From Monocercomonoides exilis PA203 (Eukaryota > Protista > Preaxostyla), in contig LSRY02000045.1 in the NCBI GenBank assembly GCA_001643675.2, positions 744,001 to 808,000 on the forward strand: a stretch of 64,000 nucleotides of DNA. The letters are read 5' to 3'. Positions 1-13,834 of this stretch are shown piece after piece; positions within the stretch are counted from its first letter, which is position 1; each line of letters begins with the position of its first letter. The translations under genes and the position numbers were made by a program. The notes beneath the pieces were generated by a model, which did not search any database, was not told where the DNA came from, and saw only the letters and a list, made by a program, of their open reading frames with translations.

Positions 1-15
1 GAAGGGTTTGAGTGT

Positions 16-3000
16 GTGAATGGGAATGGAGGGGGGATAAAGGTTGAGTTGGAAGCGCCTTCAAGCAAAACTCGGATTGGAACATCAACATCGCACAGCG
101 GAGGAACAACAAAATTCAACAAAACGAAGTGCAGTGGATATGGAGGAGGGGTGATGCTATGGCTAGCAGATAATTCATTTGATTTTGCGATATCATCAGT
201 GAGTTTTGTTGGTTGCAGTGCAACATCGGGAGGGAAAGATGTGTTTGTGAATGGGAGCAGGTTGGTGAGTGGAACAATAACAACCACAAAGCTGAATTTC
301 TCACAAAATGTTTCTATTTATGATGAGCTGATGGGATATGACCGGAATGAGGGAGAGATGGGAATATTCACATTGAATGTGTTTTTGGATGCATTTTCAG
401 GAGCAGCACATGTGGGGAAAGCGGTGAATGGGAATGGAGGATATGACTGGTGGTTTTGTGGGTTTGGTTATTTTCCATGCAAAACGATCGCGTTTGCTTC
501 ACAGAACAGATTCAGTTCGTTAAAGAAGAATATTGCGTTGGATTCAGGGTTTGAGCTGGGAGAAGTTGTGTCGATGGCAGGGTCATATGAATGGGAGGTG
601 TATTGTGGGATTAACAAGACGAATGTGAATGTGAGAGTGCCGAGTGGAATGACATCTTCGTGTTTGATAAATGTTGAGAGTGCAAGCTCCATTAAGAACA
701 TTGGGTTCCAAATTCCATTTTCGTTATCGAGTGCAACATCACTCATTGGTTTGACCAGCTCATCACTCACACTCACAGACTGCTCAGTTGCTCATTCATC
801 AGAGAGCACATCGAGTGTAGCCTTTGGATACAGCATTGTGAATGCGCAGAGTGGGAGTCTGAAAATGGAACGATTTGTGATTGGTGGAGAACTTGTGTTT
901 GGAGCTCATTCAGCGATTGAATTTTCTGAAGGAATGGCGAGTGTGATTTGTTCAGGATGCAATGTCAGTGGAGTCAAAAGGAATGAGGGAGATGGAGGAT
1001 GGATGAAGGGGACAGTTGGAGGGAGTGGAACGTTGACAATTGATGGATGCAATGTGAATGGGTGCAGTTGTGTTGGTGGAAAAGGAGGAGGAATATATGT
1101 TGGATTGAAGGGAAATGGGAAAGCGGTTGTGAATGGGACGAGTGTGATTGATGGGAATAAGGCAGAGAATAATGGAGGGAGAGGAGGGAGAGGAGGAGGG
1201 ATGTTTGTATTGATGGAGAGTGGAGGATGTGGATTGACAATTGGGCAGAATGTTGAGTTTTCGAAAGTGAATGGGAATGTGGCCTCATATGGGAAGGATG
1301 TGTTTGTTGATTGTGGGAGTGGAGTGTTTTTGGAGTCAAAAGTGAATACCAGTTCATTTGCATTTTTTGACACAAACACCATTCCATCAGATGTATTGAA
1401 ACTGAGTGGGAGTGAAAATGGGAAAGAAAGTGGAGTGATTCCACTGCTTGTGTATTTGTGCACAATGGGAACAAAAGGGATTGTTGATGGGAGTGGAGGA
1501 AATGGGAAGGACCACAACCATTGTGGATTTGAGGCATTCAGGTGTTTGACAGTTGATTATTGTGCGAACTCAAGATTGAGTGAAAGTTCAAAAGAAATAG
1601 AAGTTGTTTCATCTTCGTCAATAACCAAGGAAATCACAGTACCATCATTTGGTGTGATAATTTCAGGCAGAATAACATCATCATCAGAAGGAGAGAGGAT
1701 GGGAGTGAATGTGAGTGATGGAGGATCAGACACACAAGATTGGCTTGTTGGATGTTCGAGTTCACTGACAATGAGGAGACTTTCATTTGTTGTGAAAGGT
1801 CAGTTGAATCCAAGGAGAAGTGCATTCATTCATTCAACATCATCAACACTCAGTGTGACGAATTGTTCAGTCTCATTTGAGAGTGGGGCATTGACTGATG
1901 GAAAGATAGGATACAGCATCATTGACATGACAGGAGGGAATCTGATTGTTGATGGATTTGTGATGGAAAGTGGAGTGACACTGACAATGAATGGGAAATC
2001 ACCAATAACGATGACAGGTGGAGTGAAAATGGAGATTTTGAATAGCAGAATGAGTGGAGTGGAAGTGGAAGTTGCAGGTGGAAATGGAGGAGGATGTTTG
2101 AATGTAGGGATGGGGGATAATGGGAATGTGAAAATTGAAGAAAGCAATTTTTCATCAAGATGCTCAGGTGGAAGTGGAATGAAAGGAGGGGGGATGATGA
2201 TATCAGTTGGAAGCGGAGGAACATTGAGGGTGAAAGGAGTGAAATTATCGGGATGTGAAGTGCCATCAGAGGATGTTGAGAATGGAGGGAGAGGAATGGG
2301 AGGAGGGATGTTTGTTGAACTTGCCAATCAAATGGGAACATTTTCATTGGAGAGCATGGCATTTGAAGGATGTGAGGCATGGAAAGGGAAGAATTTGTTT
2401 GTGGAAGCGCAGGATTTATCTGCTGTCATCAACAGCACTTCAATTGGATTCAATCCAGTGATTGAAGTGAATGTTGCAGACTTGAATGAATTTTTTGGAC
2501 GAGAAAGAGACAAGCCAGAGCTGATTGTTCCACTTGTTGTGTTTCTTCGAACATTTTCATCACCAGGATATGTGAGTGGGAGAAAACAAGGAAGTGAATT
2601 CAGGCTGTGTGGATATGAAGATTACCCATGCAGGACAATTGGGAATGTTGGAGAAGTTCAGTTTCCGAGTTCAAAGAGAGTGATCAGATTGACAAACACA
2701 TTTTCATTTGATGAAGAAGCTCAGTTGAATGAACAGTCATATGAGATTGATTCGAGCAACAAAGACGTTGGAATAAAAATCGAGGCAACAGGAACAAAAA
2801 CACAAGAAGCGTTGGTGATGAACAGTGTTTCATCAACATTGGCAGGGATACTGTTTGAATTGGGAGAATCGATTGGAGATCGATCATCATTTGTTCATTC
2901 GACAAGTGGCACATTGAAATTTGCTGATTGTGGGATAAAGATGGGAAATGGAGTGGATGCAGTGAGTTATGAGTTTGTGAGTGCAAGTGGAGGGACATTA

Positions 3001-6000
3001 TCCATTTCAGGTTTTAGTATGACTCATGTGAAATTTGGAATGAATGCATTCATTGTTGTTGATGGAAATGGGGGTGCTTCGATTAGGGATTCGTTGCTTG
3101 AGAGTGTGGAAACAACAAATATGAAGGGATTGATTGAGTATTCATCGTCATCAAGTTCATTGTCGATCGGGAATGTGACAGCACAAGAATGTGTGATGGG
3201 AGGGAAAGGACTGATATGGGATGATAATGGAAAGAAGCTGGGGATGAGGAATTGCACGATTATGAAAATGAGCAGTTTGGAGGGAAATGGGAGTGTTGTG
3301 TGTGGAGAAGTTGGGGATGGATGTGCTGTTGAGGTGAATGAAGTTGTGATTGAAGGATGTGGAACATTGAAGGGATGTGGAGGAGGGATGGCAGTGATCT
3401 TGAAGGGAACAGGAGAAATGTGTTTGGGAAAGAGTGGAGTGGTGACATCGTTTGAGAAATGTTCAGCTGGTGGTGAGGAATCAGTTGGGGGATATGGGGG
3501 AGGAGTGAATTTGGATTTGAGTGACAATTGTGTGAATAATTTTTTACTTTCAACATTGACATTCAAAGAGAATGTTGCTGCTGAGGGAAGGGATTTGTTT
3601 ATTTCGTGCAAGAAACTGAATGAAACAGTGACGAAGGAGAGGTTTGGATTTGAATACAAATATGAAAATGGAGAAGGAGAAGGAGAAGGAGAAGGTCAGG
3701 CAGTTGACATGAAAGGGATTGACAGAGACCATTTTGCAGAGAATGTTGATCTTGAGCTGTTTCTTGTTGAAATGAAGGGAATGGAGGTGTGTGTGTCGAA
3801 GGAGGGGTATGACACATTGGGATGTGGGAGCGATGGACATCCGTGTGAATCGATGTGGAGTGGAATAAGTCACATTGACAAAAGTGGGACAGAAGGAGAA
3901 AGGACAGTGAAAGTGAGGGATGAAGGGACAATTGAAGATGTTTATTCATTCACAGATGCACTTGTGATTGATGGATGTGTGAATGAAGGAGATGAAACCA
4001 AACACAAGCCCGTTCATTTTGAAGGGACAATCAAAGAGAATTCAGCATTTGCTTCATCTGTTATTTCATCAACAGTATCACTCAGCTTGTTATCATTGAA
4101 ATTGCAGATTCCAAGTCAATTTGAGCCAAATATGAATACACTGATCTCATCGAGTGGGGTTCTTCAACTCGAAAGCTGCATGTTTGAGATCCGATCATCA
4201 ACAGATATTGTTCAATACTCATTAATATCCACAACAAGTGGAAGTTGCACATTGAAGGGATGCAGTTTAAAAGGGTCTTCATTCGCCAAATCACCATTGT
4301 TATTAGCTTCTTCTGTTTTGCTTGAAAACAGCAACTTTTCAAACATTGAGAATACTGGAAGCGGTGAAGGAGGTGTTGCAAGAGTGACATTAAAAAATGA
4401 CGAAAATTTGATCATTAATTCAACAAATGCATCATTTTGCTCACTTTCATCAGGCAACGGAAAAGGAGGATTTCTTTATTTGGATTGCCAAAATTGTTTG
4501 AATGAGAGGCCATTTGTTTTTGATGCTGACGTAACTTTTAAGAATAACAATGCAGCCATTGGAAAGAATGTGTTCGTTTTGGGAAAGGATTTTAATTCTT
4601 CTGTGACAAATGACTCATTCAACTTCGATTATTCCTCAATGATAAATGATAAAACTCTGTTTGTTGGAAGTGATGATTTTCATCATGAAAAGGATTTATT
4701 CATGTTCCTCATTCCATACAGCTCATTTGAGATATTTATCTCATCGAGTGGATTTGATGTGGCACGTTGCGGAAGCGAGGAAGAGCCATGCTTCACAATG
4801 TGGAAAGGGATGGAAAACATGAAAGATGAAGAAGGAAATAAAACCATTCAAATTGAAGGATCAACTGTTATTCGAGATTCATTCAACATGTCCAATTATC
4901 TGATAAAAAAGGATGCTAAGATGGGAGAAGAGAATGTGAAAGCCAAATTGAATTTTGAAAAGGCAGTTGGAAGTCAACTGGAATATTTCATGGTGAATAA
5001 TATTCATTTTGAATTGACAAATATCCAACTCCAACTATCATCTGGATTTGACAACTCAGCCAAAACAATTATTTCAAACAGAGCTGACGAGTTGGTGATA
5101 AGTGGATGTGCATTCCATTCAGCAGCAGGAGTGAACAATGGATTTGATTGTGTATTTGTGGATGCGATCGGAGGCAGTGTGGAAGTGAATGATTTGTCAA
5201 TGGAATCGTGCAATGTTGGAAACAGTATTTTTGTCATTCACGATGCTGGAATTACTTGCCATTTTGTGAATGTTCAAGTGGAATCGTTGAATGAAAGCAG
5301 AGAATGTCTTCTTCTGATCAATGGAACTGAATTAACAACAAAGTTAAATGAAGAATATGTAAATATCGAGATTGATAATTCGTCATTTTCAGGAGTGAAG
5401 AGAAGTGACAATGGAGCAAGCATTTTGGAATCAAAGAGTGAGAATAAGATTTGTTTGGTTGTGAATTCGAGCAACATCACAGAAGACAAAGCAGAAATGA
5501 GTGAAAAAGGAGGGGCGATATTCTTCACATTGGGTGCATCTGGATCAATGAAGACGATTGACTCAAATATTTGCTATTGCAGCTGCAGTATTTGTTCAGG
5601 GAAAGGAGGAGGGGTGTATCTGGCAACAAAGGAAAGAGGAGAATTGAAATTCACATTTGTGGGGATGAAGTTCAATTCAAACACAGCAAGAGTGGGGAAT
5701 GACATTTTCATTGAATGTTTCAACATCACATCTCAGATCAATGAAAGTCAATTTCAGTTTGATCTTCGAGAGAATCATTACTCACGAATTAATGCAATAT
5801 TTGGAAGAGATGAATGCATTTACACATATGACATTAATCTGATTGGATTTGTGACTATCCATCAGAGTGACACAATTGTTGTGAGCAGTGCGGTTGGATC
5901 GAATGACAGACAATGTGGAACAAACACACTTCCTTGTGATTCAATTGAACGGGGTCTGATTCACTTGACATCGGAGCTGATAAGTCAAATACTCATTGTT

Positions 6001-8671
6001 GAAGAGAGTGTGATTGGAGAAGAAATAAATCTGAAGGAAATGAGTCTGAATTCGAAGAGCAGAGATTTTTGTGAAGTTGAAGTGAAATCTGGGATTGAAA
6101 AAACAAAGGATTCTTTGGTTTCAACAAGAGAAACAGTCTCATTGGTGAGAGTGAATTTTGTATTTGATTCGTATTTCATCTCTTCACATGAATCACTGAT
6201 ATCACCAGAGAGAGGTATTCTTGAAGTGATGAATTGCTCTTTTTCATCAAAACAATCAGTGGAAGGTGAAAATGCTGAATTTGCAAATATACCATTTCAC
6301 ATTATAAACATGAAAAAAGGAGAATTACAACTTGATGGATGCTCAATATCAAATCTCATTCTTCATAAATCTTCAATATATCTATCATCATCACTTCCAT
6401 CAGTGATTTATTTGTTTGAGATATTCAATTCAACAATAAAAACATCTCTGATAGATATTAATGAATGTGGACAATTAAACATGGAAAAGTTTCATTCAGA
6501 AAATATCACAGTTGAGGGAAATGAAGAATCATTGATATCTTGCTTGTCAATGAAAACGACAATTCAATTTTCAAATTGCACAATTGGTGGGGTCAGTTCA
6601 AACACCGCAAAAGGAAAATTGATGAAATTGGAGAATTGCACAGATGTGAAAATGGACAGTTGCGTTTTTGATGGGAGTTCAAAGAAAAGAAATGAGAAGA
6701 ATTTGAATGAAGGGGAAGAGATGTGCAGATGGTCAGGATCTCTTGTGGATGTTGTGAAGAGTTTTGTGGTGATGAAAGACACAACAATCTGGAATTCACC
6801 AGAAGGTGGAATCACTATGGGTGGAGGAAATGTGAATATTGAGATGGGGTTATTTGAGAACAACAATCCTTTCATTGAAAAATATCCATCATTGAGAAGA
6901 AACATCATCTGTTCAGATTCAGGAACATTGAATGTGATGAGTTTGAAAGGAGGAGATGGATGGAAGGATAACACGTCTTTTTGGATGTTGAATGAAGGGT
7001 GCAGTTTTGAGGGGATTGTTTCTGAGAGAGATTCATCATTCTTCATTCCTATTCTGGAGAGTGTGGAAGCAAAAGAAGAGGAAAATAGAATGAAGCTGAT
7101 ATTCAAAGGAATGCTTCTTGTTCCATGCAATCTGTCATTTTCAGTTGTGAAGAAGAAGGGAGAAGAGAAAGAGATTGAAAAACATGATTTTGATTCAAAT
7201 GGATTCTTATCGGAAAGAGAAGCAGAAGGAAGTGTTGGAAAGGATCTAATCAGCAATTGTGGAGATGAAATCGAAGTGAGCGTGCATATTTTGTTTGGAA
7301 AAGCAGAATCTCCATCATCAACTCGGTCATTCATTCTGAAGAATGCAAGCGAAGCAAAGACAAATGGAGATGAAAGAATTGTTGAAGGAGGAAAAGAGGG
7401 GAAATCTTATTGGATTATCATTGTTGTTGTGTTGATTGTGATATTATTGGTTGTTCTGATTGTATCTATTGTTGCGACCATCCGCTGGAGAAAAGCAAAG
7501 AAAGAGAACAAAGATTTGAGAGAGATTGTGAATGATAACATCAGAAAGGATCCGAAGGCGTTTGAGATGGTGACGATGGAGATGTCACCAGAGGCGCAGC
7601 GGAGGAGAGAAGAGAAGGAGAATGAAGAGAATGCAAAGAAGAGGGTGTTTGTGAAAACAATGGTGCATTCGGAGTCAGAAGAGTGTTTGCTGAGTGAGAG
7701 TGGATCGACAGAATATATTCTTGGAAAGGATTCAGATGAGATTCCTGATTGGGCATTGGAGGAAGTGGATGAGAAGGAGATGGAGGAAGAAGAGATAAGG
7801 AAGAGATCACTATCACCATCTATTTCATCCACAGGCACAGAAACCACATTTGTGCAAATTGAAGATGTGAGTCCAACAACCTCATCGATGTCGAATCTGG
7901 TGGATGCAATTGCCTGTTCAACTCCACATGAGAAGCTGATTGTGGATCTGAGGGATTCGCTGTTCATGCTGTTGCATGGGCTGAACAAGACAAAGGAGAT
8001 GGCGATAGGCACATTGAAGGAAAGAGAGCAGACAGCAGCAGAAGTGCTGCTGCTGGTGGCGAATCTGGCGCTCCACTCGTTTGACGAGATGGAAGTTCAG
8101 CTTTCGTCTCTGGAGAATCTGAGTCCGCACATTGTTCTGTTTTCGGAGCACATGGTGATCTGCATTGCACTCCACTCGGACTGTTCGTCAGATGATGACT
8201 CAGATTCTTCATCCACCTCTTCATCAACTGTTGTAACATCTGAAAGTGATGATGATGATGATGATGATAGTGACTCTCTTCCCTCATCAGCATTTGAGGA
8301 TGAGCCCGACAACTGGAATGAGTGTTTGAGATGGAAGGCGCCAGAGCTGCAGATGAAGAGGAAGATGGGAGCAACGAAGGAGTCGGTTGTGTTTTCGATG
8401 GGGATGATGCTGTGGGAGATTCTGAGTTTGCAGATTCCGTTTGGGGAGTATTCAGCAGAGGTGGCAGGATGGAAGATAAAAGAAGGGGAGCTGCCGAGCA
8501 TGTATTTGGTTGAGGGATCGTCATTGGGAGGGATTGTGCGCTGTTGCACATCGCGGGATGCAGCAGAGCGGATGGGTTTGGCAGATCTGAAGCGAGAGTT
8601 CGTTCGACACATTCCTGCAGGAGCCATGATAATGACGATTTCGGATGCGATTATCGAGGAAGGGGGAACAT

Positions 8672-8709
<38 letters not shown>

Positions 8710-8817
8710 TATGAAGAGGGAAACATGGTGATGCAGAGAGCTTGCGAAGTGGAGAAAGTGATGAAGGAAGAGGGAAAGGAAGATACTGGGGAAGAAGTGG
8801 ATCACAATGAAAAATAG
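16..8817 (+). CDS. Giant type I membrane protein (5'-truncated by window): tandem Gly/Cys-rich beta-helix/PMP-like modules, one TM helix, C-terminal tyrosine-kinase-like pseudokinase
   Basis: Uninterrupted 2933-aa ORF running in from the window edge. Six CGxxxx[P/R]Cx[TS] motifs (FCGFGYFPCKT, HCGFEAFRCLT, LCGYEDYPCRT, GCGSDGHPCES, RCGSEEEPCFT, QCGTNTLPCDS) and GG[AG][IVM]/FxxN repeats. Hydrophobic TM YWIIIVVVLIVILLVVLIVSIVATI followed by RWRK (~7408-7494). Kinase C-lobe motifs RWKAPE (8329) and SVVFSMGMMLWEILSLQIPF. Colinear paralogue at 44851-56094. Confidence 0.88.
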
Positions 8818-8996
8818 CATTCACTCAATTTAACTAATTTGCTGTTTTATTTTTTGACAAAGTGTTTTGTTAGACTTTTTTTTAAATGTGTTGAAATTGG
8901 CAATTGTTTAATTTTTATTTCAGATTAATGCTCAGTATTTGAAATGATTATGTAATAATATGAAATTTTTGATTTTTTGTTGGACATTTATTTTTT

Positions 8997-9017
8997 GTCT
9001 GTCTGTCTGTCTGTCTG
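8997..9017. repeat. (GTCT)n microsatellite
   Basis: gtctgtctgtctgtctgtctg read directly. Confidence 0.9.
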
Positions 9018-9591
9018 TTGATATTTAACGATTCAACAAGAATTGATATCCAGTGACAATTTTTGTTTTGATGAATGGAGAAAGTCTCATTTTTGGAGTG
9101 TTTGAAATGTGAATGATCACATTTTGTTCGGTTTGTTTGAGATTTGTGCAAACAGAGCAGATTTTGTTTTTAAAGAGTGATTGATAAATCCAGTTTATTT
9201 TTTTCTTTTTTTTAATAATCACTTAGAATGTATTTTTGTGATTTTGATATTTCAATTTCAAATCCTTGTTGAAAGCCAAATCTTATTTGTTGAATATTTT
9301 TATATCTATTTATGTGTATGTATTTATCCTTTTTTGTATGTTTTTATTTTTGGCTCAATCATCGCTTTATGGAGATATTTGTATGTATTTTTCAAACATA
9401 TTTTTTTTTTTTTGCTTGTTTCCTTCACAATAATGTTTATTTTTTTGGCAATCTGTTTTCGCTGCTTGCTTTAATCAAATGAAGCACAAATCAATCATCG
9501 TTCATTGCATTCATTTCAAATGAATATGATTATTTATTTGTCCATATTCCTTTTGTTTGCATGGAATAAAAAATATGAAGAAAAAGAAAAG

Positions 9592-9623
<32 letters not shown>

Positions 9624-11219
9624 GAAAAAGATATTGTTATTGTTTCCTCCTATTCGTACACATCACAAATTGGTTTTTCGATGCTGATGATAAATATCCA
9701 TCTCGTTTGGAAATAAAATGAACTTCTCAGGCGTTCCATCTTTCTCTTTCAAGCAATAATTCCTCTTCATTCTGGTTTCAGCTTTTGTAATGTGCTTGCA
9801 AAATCATTCAACATCCTTTCATATCATTGCATCATTTCTCCTCATCTCCATGTTATTCATTCGCCTCTATCTTTCATCAAATCGTGCATTGCAAAAAAGA
9901 AAAGAAGAGAAGAAGAAAAAAAATGAAAAGTACAAAATGATCTCTTCACTGTTCAAAAGGGCTGCTGCAGATTCGAAGAACCAATCAAATTCAGATGGAC
10001 TGTCTCAAGAATAATTTGCCCGTCATCCATCTTTGTCTCATTCATCAACACCTCATCAGCCGCACTTTCCATGGAGACATCGCAGCTGGATGCCATTGTT
10101 CCAGACAATTGAACAAGCAGTTTCTTTCATTGATGGATCTGATAGCCATCGCAGAGTATTCTGTTTGGAGCTCCCTCACACAACCACATGGGCTGTAATA
10201 AGTTGGCTTCATTATTCAAGATCACCACGCCTGCATTCCATCTGTCTTTCGTTTGTTCATGATCTCCTTCATTTTCAGAAGATGGAGTTCATCGTGAGGA
10301 TGTGAAATTGAGTGCGCCTGTGTAAACAGTCGAGGATGGCACAAAAGGCAGATTCACTTTCTTATTGAAAGATATGAAAAGGCATTGACTCCAACTATTG
10401 TGGAAGTCGTGAAGAAGAATGAAGACCCCACAATCCGTAATACAATTTGAATAACTTTGTGAGCAATAAAAAACATTTTTGTGTTTGTTGAATTCGAAGG
10501 AACTTGTCATTGATGTTTGAGAGAGCGACATTGTTGGTGCTTTTTAAGAGGAAAATGACTGAATAGCAGCGGATTATGAGAGTTTCCTTGTTTTGTAACC
10601 AGTCAAAAAGGAGTGGATGTTTAAATGAAGACCATCTGGTGATGTGGAAGAGAAAGAAAAGGAAGGATAAAAAGTGAAAGGATGACAAAAAATAATTCTT
10701 TTTTGCAGAAAAGTCTGAGTGCATCAGAAAGAGAAGATGATTTTTTTATGTGCTTCATCTTCGCACACACACGTGGAAAGGATGGCAGGAGAGTTCGAGT
10801 TGATGTTGAAGTTGAACAGGTGGAGACTGATATTTTACGAGATTTGTGAAGCATGTGTGAGAGTTTGTGAAGTGGAAATAGATTCAAGTGTTAACCAGAA
10901 GGAATAGTAATATAAGTATTTTCTACAAACTTTGCTCAAGGCTCTTTGAAACAATCTGGAATTTATTTTTCAATCTTTTTCTGTGAAATGGCAGTTTGTC
11001 ACATTCAACAATGGAGTCTTCAATTGTTCTGCATTTAAGATGCTTTCTGATAACGAAATTGAATTTCTTCCACTTTTGATAAATGATGAAATCGAGGATG
11101 TTTCAATTGTTTTTCTTTCTGAGTCAAAACATTGTAAATGGTAATGAAAGTTCAGATGAAGCACTTTTAAAAGATGGAAGGTGTCGAATCGGTGTCAATT
11201 AAAAAGAAAAATGGCAAAG

Positions 11220-11282
11220 ATTCGCAATAGAGCGAATATACGAACGCAAGAAGCAAATTTGTTCCTCGATAATGAGTATTGA
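11220..11282 (+). repeat. Left inverted repeat (ITR) of the DIRS-like element
   Basis: attcgcaatagagcgaatatacgaacgcaagaagcaaatttgttcctcgataatgagt matches the reverse complement of 15297-15354 (attcgcaataaagcgaatctatgaacgcaaggagcaggtttgctcctcaatagtgagt) with scattered substitutions. Confidence 0.8.
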
Positions 11283-11924
11283 TAATAAAGTGAAGGTGGT
11301 TTTGGATCAAACTTCACCAATACTCACTTTTTCTGGAACATCATTATCCACAGTCGGAATGGAATCGACTTTCGGAAATAGCAAATGGGCATAGGAGCAG
11401 AGAGGGAGAAAGGAGAGAGAGTTTAGAGAGAAGAGAGATCCGTGCTTTGCAGCATGACAGAGAAAGAGGAGAGATTGTCAGGCTCCAGCGAAATGACTAT
11501 ACAACAAAAAACCGCAGCTCATTGCGATATGAAATTTAAGACGGAAGTGCCTTAACAGAACGAGAATATCAGAAATGCGGTGACCGTGTTCGATCGTGAG
11601 AAGATAATTGAACAAGAATCATCGAGAGATCACGAGATTGAAATATGAAAAGAGATGACAGAAGAAGACCCCGCATATCCCAGAGTGATGGGACAGATGA
11701 ACGAGATGAGGAACAAGAAGGAGAAAGAGAATGGAGCCTGAAGAGCTTCTGGGACTGTTATTGAGTCCCCAATTGTGAGCGCCCTGGAGGTGACCTCAAA
11801 GACAGCTCTTGTATAAATTCTCGAATGAGAAGAGAATGCACAAATGCAGTGTGGCCACAAGACTCCAGAAGTGAAGTGGAGCATAGCGATCGGATAACCG
11901 AAGGAATCACTGCCTGGGAGACTA

Positions 11925-12977
11925 GTGAACAGGCTGAGCGAGTGGAAGAAGATTGAGGGAGACAAACTAGTGAACCGTGGTATAAGAGTTCGATGGAAAA
12001 GTTCCCAGTCCCCAATCATACTCGAGGAGAGAAGACACAGACAGGAGTTAAGGGGGACGATGAAAATGAAGAACAATTATTTATCCCTCTTGGAGGAGGA
12101 ATTGAAGGACGGAGTGGTGAAGCCCGTGCAGGAGTCGGAGGTGAAGTGGTTCAACCCGACATTCATGGTGCGAAAGAAGAACGGGAAGTGGAGAAAGATC
12201 TTGGACTGCAGAGTTCTAAACGAGGAAGTGTAGGGAAAACACTTCAAGATGGATTTCCAGGAAACAGTGGTGGAACTCCTGGAGGAGAACGACTGGATGA
12301 CAATACTGGACATATCGAGTGCATACCAGCATGTAAAGGAGGACGAGCAATTCAGTCCCTATCTGTGTTTCAGCTTTCAAAGTCAATGCTACGCTCACGT
12401 GTGGATGCCATTTGGAGCGAAAGATGCGCTTAGAATATTGACAAAAATAATGGGACGGGAGGCGTCATATATCAGAGAAAAGTGGAAAGCGAAGCTAGTA
12501 ATTTATCTGGACGACATTCTCCTCATGCACCCAGACAGTGAAGTTTTGAGATCGATCTCACAGGAGATTGCCCAGTTCCTGAGGAGTCTGGGGTGGATAC
12601 TATCGGAAGAGAAACTGAACTTGGAACCCACAAGGAGCGTGGAGTTTCTGGAATGGCTGTGGAACTCGGAGAAGATGGAAGTGACGCTCCAAGAGAGGAA
12701 GAGAGTGTTGCTGCAAGAGGATGTGCGAATGTGGATAACACTGGCAAAGAAGAGAAAGAGACAGAAGACGAGAGACTTAGCAGCACTCCTCGGGAAGCTG
12801 AATTTTGTGAGACTGCAACACCCGCCAGCGATCTTGTGGATGACGAGGATGCAATATGTGCTGAGGCAGGCGATAGCCCGCGGAGGCTGGAAGGGATTCG
12901 TGATAGTCAACCCAATGATACTGGGAGAATTAACACACTGGAGAAAGATCCCACAATCAACAGACCGAGGTGTCTGA
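11925..12977 (+). pseudogene. DIRS-type reverse transcriptase with in-frame TAG at 12231-12233
   Basis: PGRL..W, WFNPTFMVRKKNGKWRKILDCRVLN, HFKMD, LDISSAYQHV, MPFG, YLDDILL, LGWILSEEK and LAALLGKLNF motifs. ORFs 11925-12233 and 12249-12977 are in the same frame, separated by one stop. Confidence 0.9.
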
Positions 12978-13004
12978 AGAGAAGGAACAGACCAGCATAA
13001 CAAA

Positions 13005-13834
13005 CAACGGACTCGTCAAAGCTGTGATGGGGTTCTATGTAAACAGTTCCGATGGGGAACAAAGACGAGAAGATATATGTCCACGGAAGTTGGACACCCC
13101 GGGAGAGCATGCAAGCAGTCAACGAGAAGGAGTCCAGAGCAGTGTTGAGGACTTTTGAAAGGAAAGGAGCATGGCTGCAACAACAGAAGATAGATCATAT
13201 TCGTCTGAAGACATACAATATGTCCACGAGATGGACAATCCAGAAGAAGAGAGGAGCGCTATCACTCATTCCAACACTGAGAGCACTGGAGAAGAAACTG
13301 AACAGCCTGGACATGACTATACAGACGGAACACCTCCCGGGAGAGCAGAACACGGAAGCAGATGCACTCAGCCGGATGGCGAAAAAGCCGGACTATGCAC
13401 TGAGGGTGGAGAAAGTCGCAGAGATATTTCAGACAATCGCACCGAGAATACTAGATACCATTTTAGAACAGATTGTGCCGGTGCCCTGCGGAAGTACTTG
13501 GAGACTATCCTCCGTGAGAAGGAAGAAAGAGAGAGGAACTCCAGAAGACGACATAGTGCTAGTCCACCCGTTCCTGAGAAACATTGGACGAGTGATGAAA
13601 GAGAAGATGAACGAAGCTCAGAGGGATCTGACGATTCTGATTCTGCAATCCTGGTGGAGGCAGACCTGGACCCTGCAACTGCAGCCTGGGCATTCGATAA
13701 AGACCCTGGGGACCTTTCAGGAGTGCATGATACTGGGAGCGAAGATGAGAAGGGAAGGCTGGAAATTACCCCCAGGAGAGGTGATATGCGTCGCACTGGA
13801 GAAGAAAATATCAAAGGAAGAGACCTCTTCCTAA
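13005..13834 (+). pseudogene. DIRS RNase H plus degenerate methyltransferase-like region (frameshifted from RT)
   Basis: TDSSK.*WG (DAS..GWG equivalent, with a stop), VNEKESRAV, IRLKTYN (D lost) and HLPGEQNTEADALSR. Downstream LVHPF..IGRV.K...ILILQSW..QTW resembles the DIRS1 NPP/P-x-W methyltransferase-like region. Confidence 0.8.

Noticed and set aside
9700-11170. Short ORFs and possible gene relic between the receptor gene and the DIRS element
   Set aside because: No recognisable motif or consistent exon chain; cannot be supported.
12231-12233. In-frame TAG in RT (and TAA/TAG in the pogo transposase) as evidence of a TAR=Gln genetic code or programmed readthrough
   Set aside because: Multi-kilobase genes here contain no in-frame TAA/TAG and end in them (TAG 8815, TAA 27567). 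The same elements also carry TGA stops, frameshifts and lost catalytic residues, so simple decay explains it.
11925-12977. RT near variable receptor genes as a diversity-generating retroelement
   Set aside because: The RT is DIRS-type with RNase H and YR. No template/variable repeat pair was found, and receptor differences are not adenine-specific and include indels.
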